From the IMG/VR virus record IMGVR_UViG_3300037424_000434, positions 171,766 through 235,765 of that record: 64,000 nt of DNA, one strand, 5' to 3'. Each line of letters opens with the position of its first letter. The stretch's first letter is position 1. Source of the stretch: a virus (lineage: Duplodnaviria; Caudoviricetes). Made by a program: the position numbers and the translations under genes. The notes beneath the pieces were generated by a model. It did not search any database and was not told where the DNA came from. It saw nothing but the letters and a program-made list of their open reading frames with translations. Positions 35,643-46,070 of this stretch are shown here, piece after piece.

Positions 35643-37939
35643 GTGAATTATATGTCAAAGCATCACGACGAGGTTATTTCGGCGTATGGGTTGAGCACTG
35701 TAACATTTGACCATCTTGCCTTATACACTGTTGGTGTATTTTATTGGGGTGGTAATGGTTCTCCTGTTAGTACATATAAAATATTGGCTGATAAGAAAGA
35801 AGACGCTATTAAATATGTTAATAATAATTTGAAAGTATCTTATCTTCACCGAGTATCAATAATTTCAACAGAACCAAATCCAAACAGGCCAAAACATGCG
35901 TAAGTATGAAATTAAAACAGTGGAAACAAGGTTGCTTATCAGCCTGAAATGTGATATCTGTGGTATGGATATCATAAACTCACCACTTGAAGAACAAGAA
36001 GCAATCTTAATCGCAGATATTGGTGGATATAGTTCCGTGTTTGGTGACGGATGCGAATATCAACTTGATATGTGCCAGCACTGTTTCAAAGAAAAGCTTG
36101 GCCAATATGTGAGAATTTTATGACATGTCCAGAATGTGGTGATATTGTTGTGATAGAGGGATTGTGCAAAGATTGTAGAAATACGATGTTATCTAAACAC
36201 AATTGTACTGATTGTGCGTGTGAATCATATATACAGCCATGTGAAGCATGTGATAATGGATCTTGTAGGGATTCATATTAGCATGATGACAAAAGGAGTT
36301 TAACACTTGGCTAACGGGCTTGTGGCCCAAGGAGGTAGACAGATGAAACCACGGCAAAAAGATCCTTTATGCGTAGAAAAACCGCAACCCGCCGTTGAGT
36401 GCCTTGTTGTGCCCGGTCCAACAACGGCAGAAACAAGCAAATACAAATTCGGCAACATCTCGTGGATTAAGGGTGATCTACAGCAATGTGTTCTTCGGGC
36501 CGCTGTTGATTGGAAAAATTTTCAGTCGGCTGAAAATGCACAGGCTCTCTATATGTCTGTGCTTGCGATGCTTGGGGAAGAACCGGAAAACATACATTTA
36601 CTGGATGGTGAGTCGTAATCAAGGGGAAATCTACAGTGATGTGAGTTTCCAAAGCATACGTGGGTAAAGCATGGGGTATGTTCTTATAGAAACAAGAACC
36701 CAGCAATGGAGCAAAATCAAGGAGTTACAAATGACAGATGATGGATTTTTTGACAGCACGCCACCGGACCCCAAAAGAAAGTTGCGCTTTACCTATACGC
36801 TGTGGTCTTCGACCGGCGCGGGATTTGGTCTAGGTGTCTGGCGCGTCGTTTACTTACCGACAAACGTAATATGGACGATAGCTATTGGCCCGCTGTCGAT
36901 TTATTTACGGTACGTATAGCGATTGTGTTGCTGTAGCATATAACATATTCTAATATATTGAACTAACAAGAAAGGTTGTTATTGATTGAGAACGTTTCTA
37001 CTGCCAAAGGCTAAAGCAATGGCATTGCATTTATCCTCGGAATATCAAGAAGGATATGATTCGCTGGTAACAGAAAATCCTTATGATTTTTTTGATGACG
37101 CGATGAAGCATACTGCATGGTGTTATGGTAAACAAAAGAGAACATTGGAACAAGAAGGGAAGTAATTCTTTCCTGAATTCGTATAATGGTGGTGTATGAT
37201 GGCAGATGATAGTTTAGCCCCTATCCAATTCAAGCATATGACCGTGATAGCAAAACATGATCCCGGTGTTACTGGGAAGTACGAAGAAGGTGAAGTTTTG
37301 TGTGGTTGTGGCCGAGAATTCATGTACTCGATTCAGTATGAAGAAAATTTAAGACAAATTAATGATAGTTTGGTGTTTAGATGTCCTCGATGCTATGCAA
37401 TGAGTCTAGAACAAACCGTTGGACTATTGAGTAAAGAGTGTAGTGAATTGGTGTAAACGAGTAAGATAGGCGGCGATGGTGTAACAGACAGATAATCGTA
37501 CGAGGAGACTCTTATATTATGACTAAATCATTTTGCGGCAAATGTAAATATAGGCAAGGTAGATTCAAGAGTGAATCAAACTGCTCTCATCCCGCAAACA
37601 TCAGAGAGGATGATGATTGGTATGGCGGAGTGAAAATTTATGGAAAATGTCAAATCATAAACAAGGATAATAAATGCCCCAATTTTATGTGGATACCTTC
37701 TATGGACCCGAGGACAAAATATGACTTGGATTAATATTGAAGACCAAGAACCAGAAGAAGATAGAGAGCTGTTCTATTTTTTTGAGCATACTGGTGTATC
37801 CAAAGGCAAGTATCGCCGGACATATTACGACCCCGAAATCTGGGGGGATGGGTTGGGAGATTGTTATATGGATACTTTCTATGGGAGGGGGGGCTTTCTG
37901 TCCGACGATGTGACACACTGGATGTATGTCGATGGACAC
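35643..37939 (+). other. Run of short hypothetical ORFs (35643..35903, 35896..36123, 36307..36618, 37196..37456, 37519..37734), many with CxxC
   Basis: Coupled plus-strand ORFs with RBS-like motifs and no recognisable family. Confidence 0.5.
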
Positions 37940-38023
37940 GATTGGTATCCAGCTCCCCCAAAAGAATTTATTCAGGGAGTAGCAGTAAACGGCCTACCAA
38001 TAAAAGCAGATATGGAAGATTAA
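37721..38023 (+). CDS. Hypothetical protein (DUF551-like W..IEDQEP...DVTHWM)
   Basis: MTWINIEDQEP and DDVTHWMY motifs. Confidence 0.5.
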   Translation: MTWINIEDQEPEEDRELFYFFEHTGVSKGKYRRTYYDPEIWGDGLGDCYMDTFYGRGGFLSDDVTHWMYVDGHDWYPAPPKEFIQGVAVNGLPIKADMED

Positions 38024-38106
38024 GCAATCAGGGTATTGCACCTTCTTGGAAAGGAGTGGGTTCGGCAGAAACGCCGGATAGGATTCGAGTTCCTAGTCTT
38101 CCTCCA
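38014..38106 (+). tRNA. tRNA-Ser(GGA)
   Basis: GGAAGAT/GTCTTCC-T-CCA, TT-GGA-AA, long variable arm. Confidence 0.85.
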
Positions 38107-38150
38107 TATTATATAAAATCAGGCTAAGAGCCTGTAAGGAACAAAATTGC

Positions 38151-38360
38151 ATGTCTAAATTTAAACATTACATAACAGCCCCAACAGATCAAATAGATGA
38201 GGCTACATATGAAGGTAATATAGGATTCGAGGAAATGGTGGATTTTTATAAGAAATCCACTGAATCCGAATACAACAGTATGGAAGATGCTATTTCTAGA
38301 AATGATTGGGTTGCATTTAAAAAACTAATAAAAAGGGTAGTGGGGGTTAATCTAAAATAA
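38151..38360 (+). CDS. Hypothetical protein
   Basis: 69 aa ORF. Confidence 0.5.
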   Translation: MSKFKHYITAPTDQIDEATYEGNIGFEEMVDFYKKSTESEYNSMEDAISRNDWVAFKKLIKRVVGVNLK

Positions 38361-38505
38361 GAATGTCTGAATATATAAGAGTATGTTGTCCCCAATGCGA
38401 CAGCGAAGAAATTGTACCGAAGTATGGAAACATTTTTGAGTGTCGGGATTGCGGGTATGTTGACGAAGAATACATTTTTGAAGATGTTGTTGTAGACGAA
38501 TAAAA

Positions 38506-38581
38506 GGACTTGTAGAACAATTGGCAGTTCGGGGTGCTCATAACACCAAGGTTTCAGGTTCGAGTCCTGACAGGTCCACCA
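38506..38581 (+). tRNA. tRNA(CAT), elongator Met or Ile2
   Basis: Canonical cloverleaf, CT-CAT-AA, CCA. Confidence 0.9.
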
Positions 38582-38589
38582 AATTTTAA

Positions 38590-38944
38590 GGGGTTGTAAA
38601 GGTTTCGACAGTCGTTGGGATGGAGATAACACGTGCAGTAGATGATTGTTGGCTACTTAAAAAATCAATCAAACAGATAAACGCTGAAGATAACTTCGCA
38701 CTAGCGGCATAAGCCGCTTGTCGCTGTGACAACTCCTGATAGTCACTATAGCGGCATCATTAGTCAGGAAAAGCTGACCATGCTTAATGGTATGAAATAC
38801 GGTTTTTTTTGGTTCATATCGCGTCACCGGGGAAGTTATGCTTGGCCGTATTTTCGAGAAAAAAGAGCGCCAAAGGCGAAACGCACGTAATGAATGTTAC
38901 TTTTGAACAATGGTTGGACGTGGGTTCGACTCCCACCAACTCCA
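38590..38944 (+). ncRNA. ssrA: tmRNA, tag (A)AEDNFALAA at 38683-38712
   Basis: 5' GGGGTTGTAAAGGTTTCGAC, 3' GTGGGTTCGACTCCCACCAACTCCA with G3:U70 and A73, tag ending ALAA-stop. Confidence 0.95.
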
Positions 38945-39038
38945 TAATTAATGTGAGCCAAACCATGCGAAGGTGAATAGATACCACTGGATGGGAGCTT
39001 AGGCCGCGCTAAGAAGCCGCGCTAATAAGGATATTATA

Positions 39039-39341
39039 ATGAAATGGCTTCAGTTTGTGATAGATGTTTATTGGCTCGTTATTGCTCTTATGTTTGTATC
39101 ATGCACAGCGAACGCACTTGACGCAACTTTCACCAAAACCTATCAAACATCAAAAGGTACCATAACTTTCAATCACCAATCTCATTCAACATTGGCCGAC
39201 TGTGTTGGGTGTCATGAGGGAGGTAAGTTGTTGGGGGGAGTGGTCAACAAGAACGTGGGGCATAATTATTGCAGGAGTTGTCACCAAAAAATGAACAGCG
39301 ATTTTGCGCCGGTTATTTGTACTGGTTGCCATGTGAGGTAA
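39039..39341 (+). CDS. Periplasmic triheme cytochrome c7 (PpcA-like)
   Basis: Signal peptide ending ANA, G.ITFNHQSH, CVGCH, GHNYCRSCH, CTGCH. Confidence 0.9.
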   Translation: MKWLQFVIDVYWLVIALMFVSCTANALDATFTKTYQTSKGTITFNHQSHSTLADCVGCHEGGKLLGGVVNKNVGHNYCRSCHQKMNSDFAPVICTGCHVR

Positions 39342-39342
39342 G

Positions 39343-39918
39343 ATGAGTTATTTTTTAGATGCTTATTCCATAACCCTCCAACATGAGGGTGGATACGTAA
39401 ATGATCCAGATGATGTTGGGGGTGAGACGTATAAGGGTATTGCACGAGCATACAATCCATCATGGGGTGGTTGGTTCGTTGTGGACGCATTGAGAGGATC
39501 TACTGACTTTCCAGAGTGTTTAACCGATAACAAAACATTACAACTTGATGTAAGGAAATTATACAAATCCAAATATTTTGATCCATACCAAGGTGATGCT
39601 ATGCCCAAAGATTTGGCATTAGAGATGTTCGATACTGCCGTGAACATGGGTGTTGGTCGAGCGGTTACATTCCTCCAAAAAGCACTAAACGTGTTAAACC
39701 GAAATCAATTATTATATCCCGATATGGTGGAAGATGGGGATTATGGACCAACAACCCACAAAGCACTTCAGGTACTATTAAACGAAAATGGCACTGAGGT
39801 ATTGGTAAAAATGCTTAATGTGCTTCAGGGGATGCATTATATTGAGTATATGAACAAATCACCCAAACAGGAAAAATATGCCCGTGGTTGGTTCTCGCGG
39901 GTTCAGATAGGAAAATAA
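39343..39918 (+). CDS. GH108 peptidoglycan hydrolase (endolysin) with PG-binding domain
   Basis: HEGGYVNDPDDVGGETYKGI, FDTAVNMGVGRA, GWFSRV. Confidence 0.92.
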   Translation: MSYFLDAYSITLQHEGGYVNDPDDVGGETYKGIARAYNPSWGGWFVVDALRGSTDFPECLTDNKTLQLDVRKLYKSKYFDPYQGDAMPKDLALEMFDTAVNMGVGRAVTFLQKALNVLNRNQLLYPDMVEDGDYGPTTHKALQVLLNENGTEVLVKMLNVLQGMHYIEYMNKSPKQEKYARGWFSRVQIGK

Positions 39919-40252
39919 TATGAATAAAACTGGTGACAAAAGAATCAATATGGAAACGTATGTACCTGAAGTATATATTTTTGACCGTTGGATTAGTATG
40001 GAATGGGTTAGAGATGTGAAATCTGTGTATATTCTTGATATATATCAAATTCTTGCCAAAGAATTTGGTGAAAAATGGGTAGAAAAGGCAAAAGAATGTA
40101 TCCAAAAATTGGACTGTTGACATAAATAGAAATGACCCGTGAGGTCAAATAAAAAACAGACTTCAGTAACAGTGGATCGCAAAATTAAATGCGCCATATG
40201 CGGGACAGTTTGTAAAACAAGCGCAAAATTCTGCGGAAATTGCGGAACGAAC

Positions 40253-40281
40253 TTGACATATCAATATTAAGAGCGTAAGAT
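40253..40281 (+). promoter_or_regulatory. sigma70-type promoter
   Basis: TTGACA-N17-TAAGAT. Confidence 0.7.
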
Positions 40282-40391
40282 GTAATACATACAATGACGG
40301 TGGCGTAGAACAGGGATACTTCACATGACGAAAAGACACCTTGCTCGTTTGATCCCCTGATTTGTAATTAACATTTTTATAGGAAAAAGGC

Positions 40392-40852
40392 ATGAATGTG
40401 AAACAATTTTTCAGTGTACACGCAGAGTTACAAGCAGTGTTCTTTCGGGATGTTTGTGAGGGATATCTAGCCTCGTTTGTTGTTGTCGTGGGTGTATGTG
40501 GTGTTGTTTTGGAACTATTCAAACAAGCATTTATGTCCTTTACGACAAAATCAATCGAATTTGAGGTTCTACAGGATAAAAAGTATCAAGAAGAAACAGA
40601 CTTTTTGTGTCAAAAACAAAAAGAGATGGATGAACAACAATAAATATATGAGGTAGGTACTACATGATTAAAGCATTTGGTGTTCCACGGTTCAATGGAG
40701 CAGGAAAAACGTATACAGCACCGGCAATGGTCGAGGCTGTTAATGTCCAGCTTGAACGATTGGGTTTAACAGGAAAAGACATAGTTTCGATTCAGATTGA
40801 TGAAGAGTTTTACCATGTGTTTTATGCTGTTCCGGTAAAACCAACAGAATAA
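40392..40852 (+). other. Two small hypothetical ORFs (40392..40643, 40664..40852)
   Basis: RBS-preceded ORFs. Confidence 0.5.
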
Positions 40853-40872
40853 ACCCGACAAGGTGATGAAAC

Positions 40873-40905
40873 AAAGGTAACCTCTAACACGGGGTTACCT
40901 TTTTT
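40873..40905 (+). terminator. Intrinsic terminator
   Basis: AAAGGTAACC...GGTTACCTTT-TTT. Confidence 0.85.
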
Positions 40906-40948
40906 GTTTGGGGATAACTATATGATAGCAGTACAGGGAGGTTATTTT

Positions 40949-41407
40949 ATGATGAAAATAGCATTTTATAGGGCCAGCGCCGGTAACATGTTTGATAAAG
41001 CCATAAACCTGTGGACAGGCATGTATGGATATTCTCATGTGGAGTTGGTATTTTCTGATGGAGTAAGCTTTTCCGCTTCATCCAGAGATAATCTAGTGAG
41101 ATTTGCGCGTATTAATTTTGTTCCAGACAGGTGGGAGTTTGTTGAACTACCGCTATTTAACAAAATAGACGAGGCAAAAATAAGAGCGCAAGCCGAAAAC
41201 TTAGCGGGAAGGAAATATGATTGGAAAGGCATTTTTCTTTGGATGTTTTTGCCTCTCAAAAAACAAGACAATGATAGATGGTGGTGTTCTGAGATTGTTT
41301 CTTTTTTATTAAAAGAGTCTAATTATAGAGTACATCCAAATAAAATGGCAAAACAGTGGAAGGTTGCTAGACAACCATGGCACATTAGTATATCATTTAT
41401 GAAATAA
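40949..41407 (+). CDS. Permuted papain-like NlpC/P60 enzyme (YaeF/YiiX-like)
   Basis: YSHVELV (His) before GRKYD and WWCSEIV (Cys). Confidence 0.75.
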   Translation: MMKIAFYRASAGNMFDKAINLWTGMYGYSHVELVFSDGVSFSASSRDNLVRFARINFVPDRWEFVELPLFNKIDEAKIRAQAENLAGRKYDWKGIFLWMFLPLKKQDNDRWWCSEIVSFLLKESNYRVHPNKMAKQWKVARQPWHISISFMK

Positions 41408-41416
41408 TAATGTGAT

Positions 41417-41890
41417 ATGTGGGAGGGCTGTATGGATATTAGGTCTGACGGGAAATACCCAGCAAATAAATTATCCAATTTTGCTGGACATGGGTTTAAC
41501 CTTGATGGTGTGGAAATTTCGTCTCTTGAGGGATTTCTTCAAAGTTTAAAATTTTCTAATCCAGATATGCAAGAAGAGGTGTGTGGGTTGGTTGGGTATG
41601 CCGCTAAAATAAAAGGCAAAGACAAGAACTGGCGTAGACGACAAATATTGTATTGGAGAGGATGTGAAATTAAAAGGAATAGTCAAGTATACCAAGATTT
41701 ATTGGATCGAGCCTACATGGCATGTGCTACCCAGAGTGAGGGATTTAGGCGCGCATTGATTGCTTCTGGTACGGGATTGCTGACTCCTTCTATTGGAAGA
41801 AGAAAATCCAATGAGACTATCTTGACAACATCAGAGTTTTGTTCTAGACTCATGAGATTACGTGAGCAAATAAGAAACGGGGAAATATAA
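41417..41890 (+). CDS. T4 gp30.3-like NADAR-family protein
   Basis: LSNFAGHGFNLDG...SLEGFLQSLKF, ILYWRG, FRRALIAS, TILTTSEF. Confidence 0.75.
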   Translation: MWEGCMDIRSDGKYPANKLSNFAGHGFNLDGVEISSLEGFLQSLKFSNPDMQEEVCGLVGYAAKIKGKDKNWRRRQILYWRGCEIKRNSQVYQDLLDRAYMACATQSEGFRRALIASGTGLLTPSIGRRKSNETILTTSEFCSRLMRLREQIRNGEI

Positions 41891-42630
41891 TGATTGGAAT
41901 AGAAACTAGACCGGATGATCTGAAAAAGTATTTGGATTCTGATTATCCGTTGTTGGACCGATTTAAAGCACTGGCACCGGGAACGTTTAGACATTCCCAA
42001 AATGTTGCAGCATTAACAGAAGCGATTGCCTCGGACTTGGGGCTGGATGTTACCTTGATGAGAGTGGCAGCCACTTATCATGATATAGGTAAAACCGTTA
42101 ATCCCATGTATTTTACGGAGAACCAGAACGGGGAAGCAAACCCCCATGATTTACTTGAACCCTTTGTTTCATATCAATTCATTACCCGCCATGTGGCCGA
42201 TGGAGTGTTTATCCTGACTAACGAGACCGATATGCCACGACAGGTTTTGCAGATCATTTCTGAGCACCACGGCGATACTGTGTTGAAAGCTATTTTCAAC
42301 AAAGCCGTCACCCAGAATATTGATAACTTTCGATACAAAGCACCAAAACCATCCAATGAATATTCGAGTATTTTGATGATTGCTGATACAGTAGAAGCAA
42401 CAGCACGAAGCATTTCGGACAAACTAACAACACCAGAAGAGAAGATAAGAGTGGTAAAAGACACTATTGAGAGGTTGAGGGATGACAAGCAACTTGATGA
42501 AATGAAGGTTGGAACCCTCAGACAGGTGCAAAACAGGCTCATACGGGAGCTTGATGGAATTTATCATACTCGTATTGATTATGATGGAGAAGTACAAAAA
42601 AACCAACTAAAAAGTGAGGTAACAAAGTGA
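41890..42630 (+). CDS. Stand-alone HD(IG) phosphohydrolase resembling the HD domain of 7TM-HD/PgpH
   Basis: APGTFRHS..VA, YHDIGK..NPMYFTENQ, NPHD, HVADG, EHHGD, FRY..PKP, MIADTVEA. Confidence 0.85.
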   Translation: MIGIETRPDDLKKYLDSDYPLLDRFKALAPGTFRHSQNVAALTEAIASDLGLDVTLMRVAATYHDIGKTVNPMYFTENQNGEANPHDLLEPFVSYQFITRHVADGVFILTNETDMPRQVLQIISEHHGDTVLKAIFNKAVTQNIDNFRYKAPKPSNEYSSILMIADTVEATARSISDKLTTPEEKIRVVKDTIERLRDDKQLDEMKVGTLRQVQNRLIRELDGIYHTRIDYDGEVQKNQLKSEVTK

Positions 42631-42854
42631 TGGAATTAGAATATGTGGCTTGTTCAAAATGTGGGCATGATCAGTTTTTGCAACTGACAATGTTTGCCAA
42701 AGTACCCGCAGTTCTCAGTCAAACAGGGAAAGCAGGTATTTCACCCCAACCGGGAAAGATTATCTGTGCAGAGTGTGGCACTGATATTATCGCCCAATTT
42801 ACAAAGGAAGCAGAGGAAGAATCCACCAAATCAAAGATTATCTTGACATCCTGA
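42627..42854 (+). CDS. Zn-ribbon hypothetical protein
   Basis: CSKC...CAEC. Confidence 0.55.
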   Translation: MMELEYVACSKCGHDQFLQLTMFAKVPAVLSQTGKAGISPQPGKIICAECGTDIIAQFTKEAEEESTKSKIILTS

Positions 42855-42871
42855 CGATTTGGGTGTATGAT
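42843..42871 (+). promoter_or_regulatory. sigma70-type promoter for ligase
   Basis: TTGACA-N17-TATGAT. Confidence 0.85.
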
Positions 42872-42893
42872 ACACTAAAAAAAGGATTATATA

Positions 42894-44705
42894 ATGACAC
42901 TTATCGAACAATTACAGTGCTATGATGATAGCTATGCTCTTGGTGTATCCGAAGTTTCGGATATCGAATATGACAGACTGAAGGCGGTAGCCCGGAAATC
43001 TTTCCCCAATGACCCCTATTTCCAGCACGTAGGTGCAATGGTTCGTGGAGATAAGATCAAACTGCCTTATGTATTGGGTTCGCTGAATAAAACCAAGGCG
43101 ACCGATGGGTCTTACGATGACTGGATTCGTCAATATCAGGATCGCAACGAACTTATGGTGTATTGGGCGAAGCTGGACGGCGTGTCTCTATATGTGGAAT
43201 ATGTTGAAGGAGCGTTTGCCCGAGCAACAACCCGTGGGGATGGTGAGTACGGGCAGGATGTTACCGAGAAGGCTAGGTTGTTTGTTGCTCCCACAATCCA
43301 GCGACGATCAACAGTGTGTCTCAGAGCCGAAGCATTATTAACAGGTAATAATCACATATTGATGGGGTATAAAACCCGCAGAAACGGGGTTGCTGGTATG
43401 CTCAACTCGGACTCCACGACTAATTGTGAACTAATCGAGGTTGTGTATTATGAGCTTATTAGTGATACCACTGGGGTGCCAGAAACCGAATCTGCTAGGA
43501 TTTCCCGATTGGAAGAGCTTGGTTTGAATGTAGCCCCTCATTGTGTGATTAGTGCTCAGCCCGTAACATCCGTGGTGGAAATGTTGAGGGAGTGGAAATC
43601 AACATCCACCTTCGATATTGACGGGGTTGTTGTTACACCAGATCAGAGTGAGCGCGAAGACACTTATTACCCTGATAACAAAATTGCTTTCAAAGTAAAT
43701 GAGGAAGCAACTATCTGCACGGTTCGTGGTGTTGAATGGTCTGTTGGTCGTACAGGTCGAGTTACACCGGTAGTTGTCATTGATCCCATGATTATTGGGG
43801 GAGTAACAGTCGAACGCGCAACAGGGTTTAATGCTGACTTCATTTTTGGTTCGCGAATCGGGGTAGGTGCAAAAATTGGAATATTTAGGAGCGGGGATGT
43901 TATTCCTTACATCGATTTTGTTGTAGATCCTGTTCCGGTTGAATACTTGGATACCTGCCCTTCCTGTGGATCAACACTCCAATATTTGGGTGTTGATGTG
44001 GTTTGTGTGTCCGATAATTGTCCCGATAAAAACCTTGCGGTGATCGAATATTTTCTCCGCACACTCGGATGCGAAAACGTCACAAAGGTGACCTTGAAAA
44101 AGCTTGGTGTTGTTTCAATCCGGGCGGCATATGAGCTGGATGAATGGGATATCGCCGAGTTGCCCGGTTTCGGTATCAAACGAGCGGAACAAATTGTCTC
44201 TGAAATACGAAAGACCCTGAAAACCACCCCAGATCGGTTGCTTGGAAGTTTTGGCATCAGCGGGGTTGGTGTTAACGGTGCTAGAGAGATTCTTAAAAAA
44301 TATAATTTTGATGATCTTTTTGCGCTTGGTTATGACGATTTTGTGTCTATTAATGGGATTGGTGATACTTTGGCAACCAACTTGGTTGAAAGTCTTCCGA
44401 GTCGCAGGGGTATATATGAGTATCTTAAAGAAGAAGGTCTTCAGTGGGCATCTTCCACCAACACCCTGCGAGGCAAGACATTTTGTTTAACGGGGAATGG
44501 TACCGTTAAACGTGATGTGTTAATCAAATTAATCGAACAGAACGGTGGGTATGTGAAAGGCATGAGCAAAAATGTTGATGTTCTGGTTACAGCAGATCCT
44601 GCCAGTAATAGCGGAAAGTCAAAAAAAGCCCGTGAATACATCGCCCAAGGTGCTACCATTGATATTATTGGATACGATGAGCTTATGTCCATGTTGGAGT
44701 ATTAA
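42894..44705 (+). CDS. ligA: NAD-dependent DNA ligase
   Basis: SDIEYDRL, KLDGVS, TTRGDGEYGQDVT, DIDGVVV, IAFK, VGRTGRVTP, Zn finger, HhH, BRCT. Confidence 0.95.
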   Translation: MTLIEQLQCYDDSYALGVSEVSDIEYDRLKAVARKSFPNDPYFQHVGAMVRGDKIKLPYVLGSLNKTKATDGSYDDWIRQYQDRNELMVYWAKLDGVSLYVEYVEGAFARATTRGDGEYGQDVTEKARLFVAPTIQRRSTVCLRAEALLTGNNHILMGYKTRRNGVAGMLNSDSTTNCELIEVVYYELISDTTGVPETESARISRLEELGLNVAPHCVISAQPVTSVVEMLREWKSTSTFDIDGVVVTPDQSEREDTYYPDNKIAFKVNEEATICTVRGVEWSVGRTGRVTPVVVIDPMIIGGVTVERATGFNADFIFGSRIGVGAKIGIFRSGDVIPYIDFVVDPVPVEYLDTCPSCGSTLQYLGVDVVCVSDNCPDKNLAVIEYFLRTLGCENVTKVTLKKLGVVSIRAAYELDEWDIAELPGFGIKRAEQIVSEIRKTLKTTPDRLLGSFGISGVGVNGAREILKKYNFDDLFALGYDDFVSINGIGDTLATNLVESLPSRRGIYEYLKEEGLQWASSTNTLRGKTFCLTGNGTVKRDVLIKLIEQNGGYVKGMSKNVDVLVTADPASNSGKSKKAREYIAQGATIDIIGYDELMSMLEY

Positions 44706-44735
44706 GACGAAAGAGTATTAGTCGAGGAATAAGAT

Positions 44736-45101
<366 letters not shown>

Positions 45102-45104
45102 GTT

Positions 45105-45500
45105 GTGGCATCAACCAAATTTTATCATTGTTCACCGAAACGATTCAAGAAAGGTGATATATTAGTTTCTCCTTCAGCAGAAGAAGACCACAACTATCCC
45201 GGTATGGGATATGCGGGGGTTTTTGTTACCATCTCACCCATACCTCACATGACCATTTGGGGTGATATCACCCGTAAATGGCAGGTTTATGAGGTTTCTC
45301 CTATTGGTCGCTTGTCCTATGGTATGTGGGGTGATATCATTTGCAAAAGAGCTATAGTATTGTCTCGTGTTGGAAACGCAATGGGAATTATGTCTAATTA
45401 CAAAAAGACAAAAAAAATCAATGCTCGTGGGGGATATTCGTCGAACAAAGAAGTATATGTCACCCGAAAAGAGTGGGAGAAGATAAAGAAAGAATGGTAA
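45105..45500 (+). CDS. Hypothetical protein
   Basis: 131 aa, FYHCSPKRF...G start. Confidence 0.55.
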   Translation: MASTKFYHCSPKRFKKGDILVSPSAEEDHNYPGMGYAGVFVTISPIPHMTIWGDITRKWQVYEVSPIGRLSYGMWGDIICKRAIVLSRVGNAMGIMSNYKKTKKINARGGYSSNKEVYVTRKEWEKIKKEW

Positions 45501-46012
45501 GAGCACATTTTATAAGTGACCATCATTTATATCACGGGAATATATTAAAATACTGTAATAGACCATTTGCCACAATCGAAGAAATGCATGAACATACCAT
45601 TCAACAGTGGAATGAAGAAGTACCGCCTGATGGAATTGTGGTTCATTTGGGTGATTATATTTGTGGCGGTACGTTTGAGCAGGTACAAACGATAACCAAG
45701 CAATTGAATGGATTTAAGATACTTGTTACAGGTAACCATGATCGGAAAGGCAAGCAGTGGTTTCTTAAAGCAGGATTTGACCGGGTATTTAAATATAAGT
45801 GGACCATTGGCATGTATTGTTTCAGTCATAGACGAATGAGTGTTGATTGGCTCATAGACAATGACGTGCAATATAACTTGCACGGTCATTGCCATAAGTT
45901 CCAGTATGGTGATCCCTATTGGAACTTTGGGGTAGATATTATAGGATATAAACCAAAAGAAGTTGAACTAAATTTGTCGAAAGAGGATTTGTTTTATGGC
46001 GAAAGTAGATAA
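45494..46012 (+). CDS. Calcineurin-like metallophosphoesterase
   Basis: SDHHLYH, HLGD, GNHD, FSH, HGHCH. Confidence 0.9.
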   Translation: MVRAHFISDHHLYHGNILKYCNRPFATIEEMHEHTIQQWNEEVPPDGIVVHLGDYICGGTFEQVQTITKQLNGFKILVTGNHDRKGKQWFLKAGFDRVFKYKWTIGMYCFSHRRMSVDWLIDNDVQYNLHGHCHKFQYGDPYWNFGVDIIGYKPKEVELNLSKEDLFYGESR

Positions 46013-46070
46013 ACTATCCTGTTAACTAACAATAGATAAGAAATTGTGGATATAGAAAGGGAGAAATAAT

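Noticed and set aside
38950-39030. GEMM-I (c-di-GMP/cGAMP) riboswitch upstream of the cytochrome c7 gene
   Set aside because: GCCAAACC resembles the start, but the GACGCAAAG junction and P3 are absent. An Infernal search with RF01051 would settle it.
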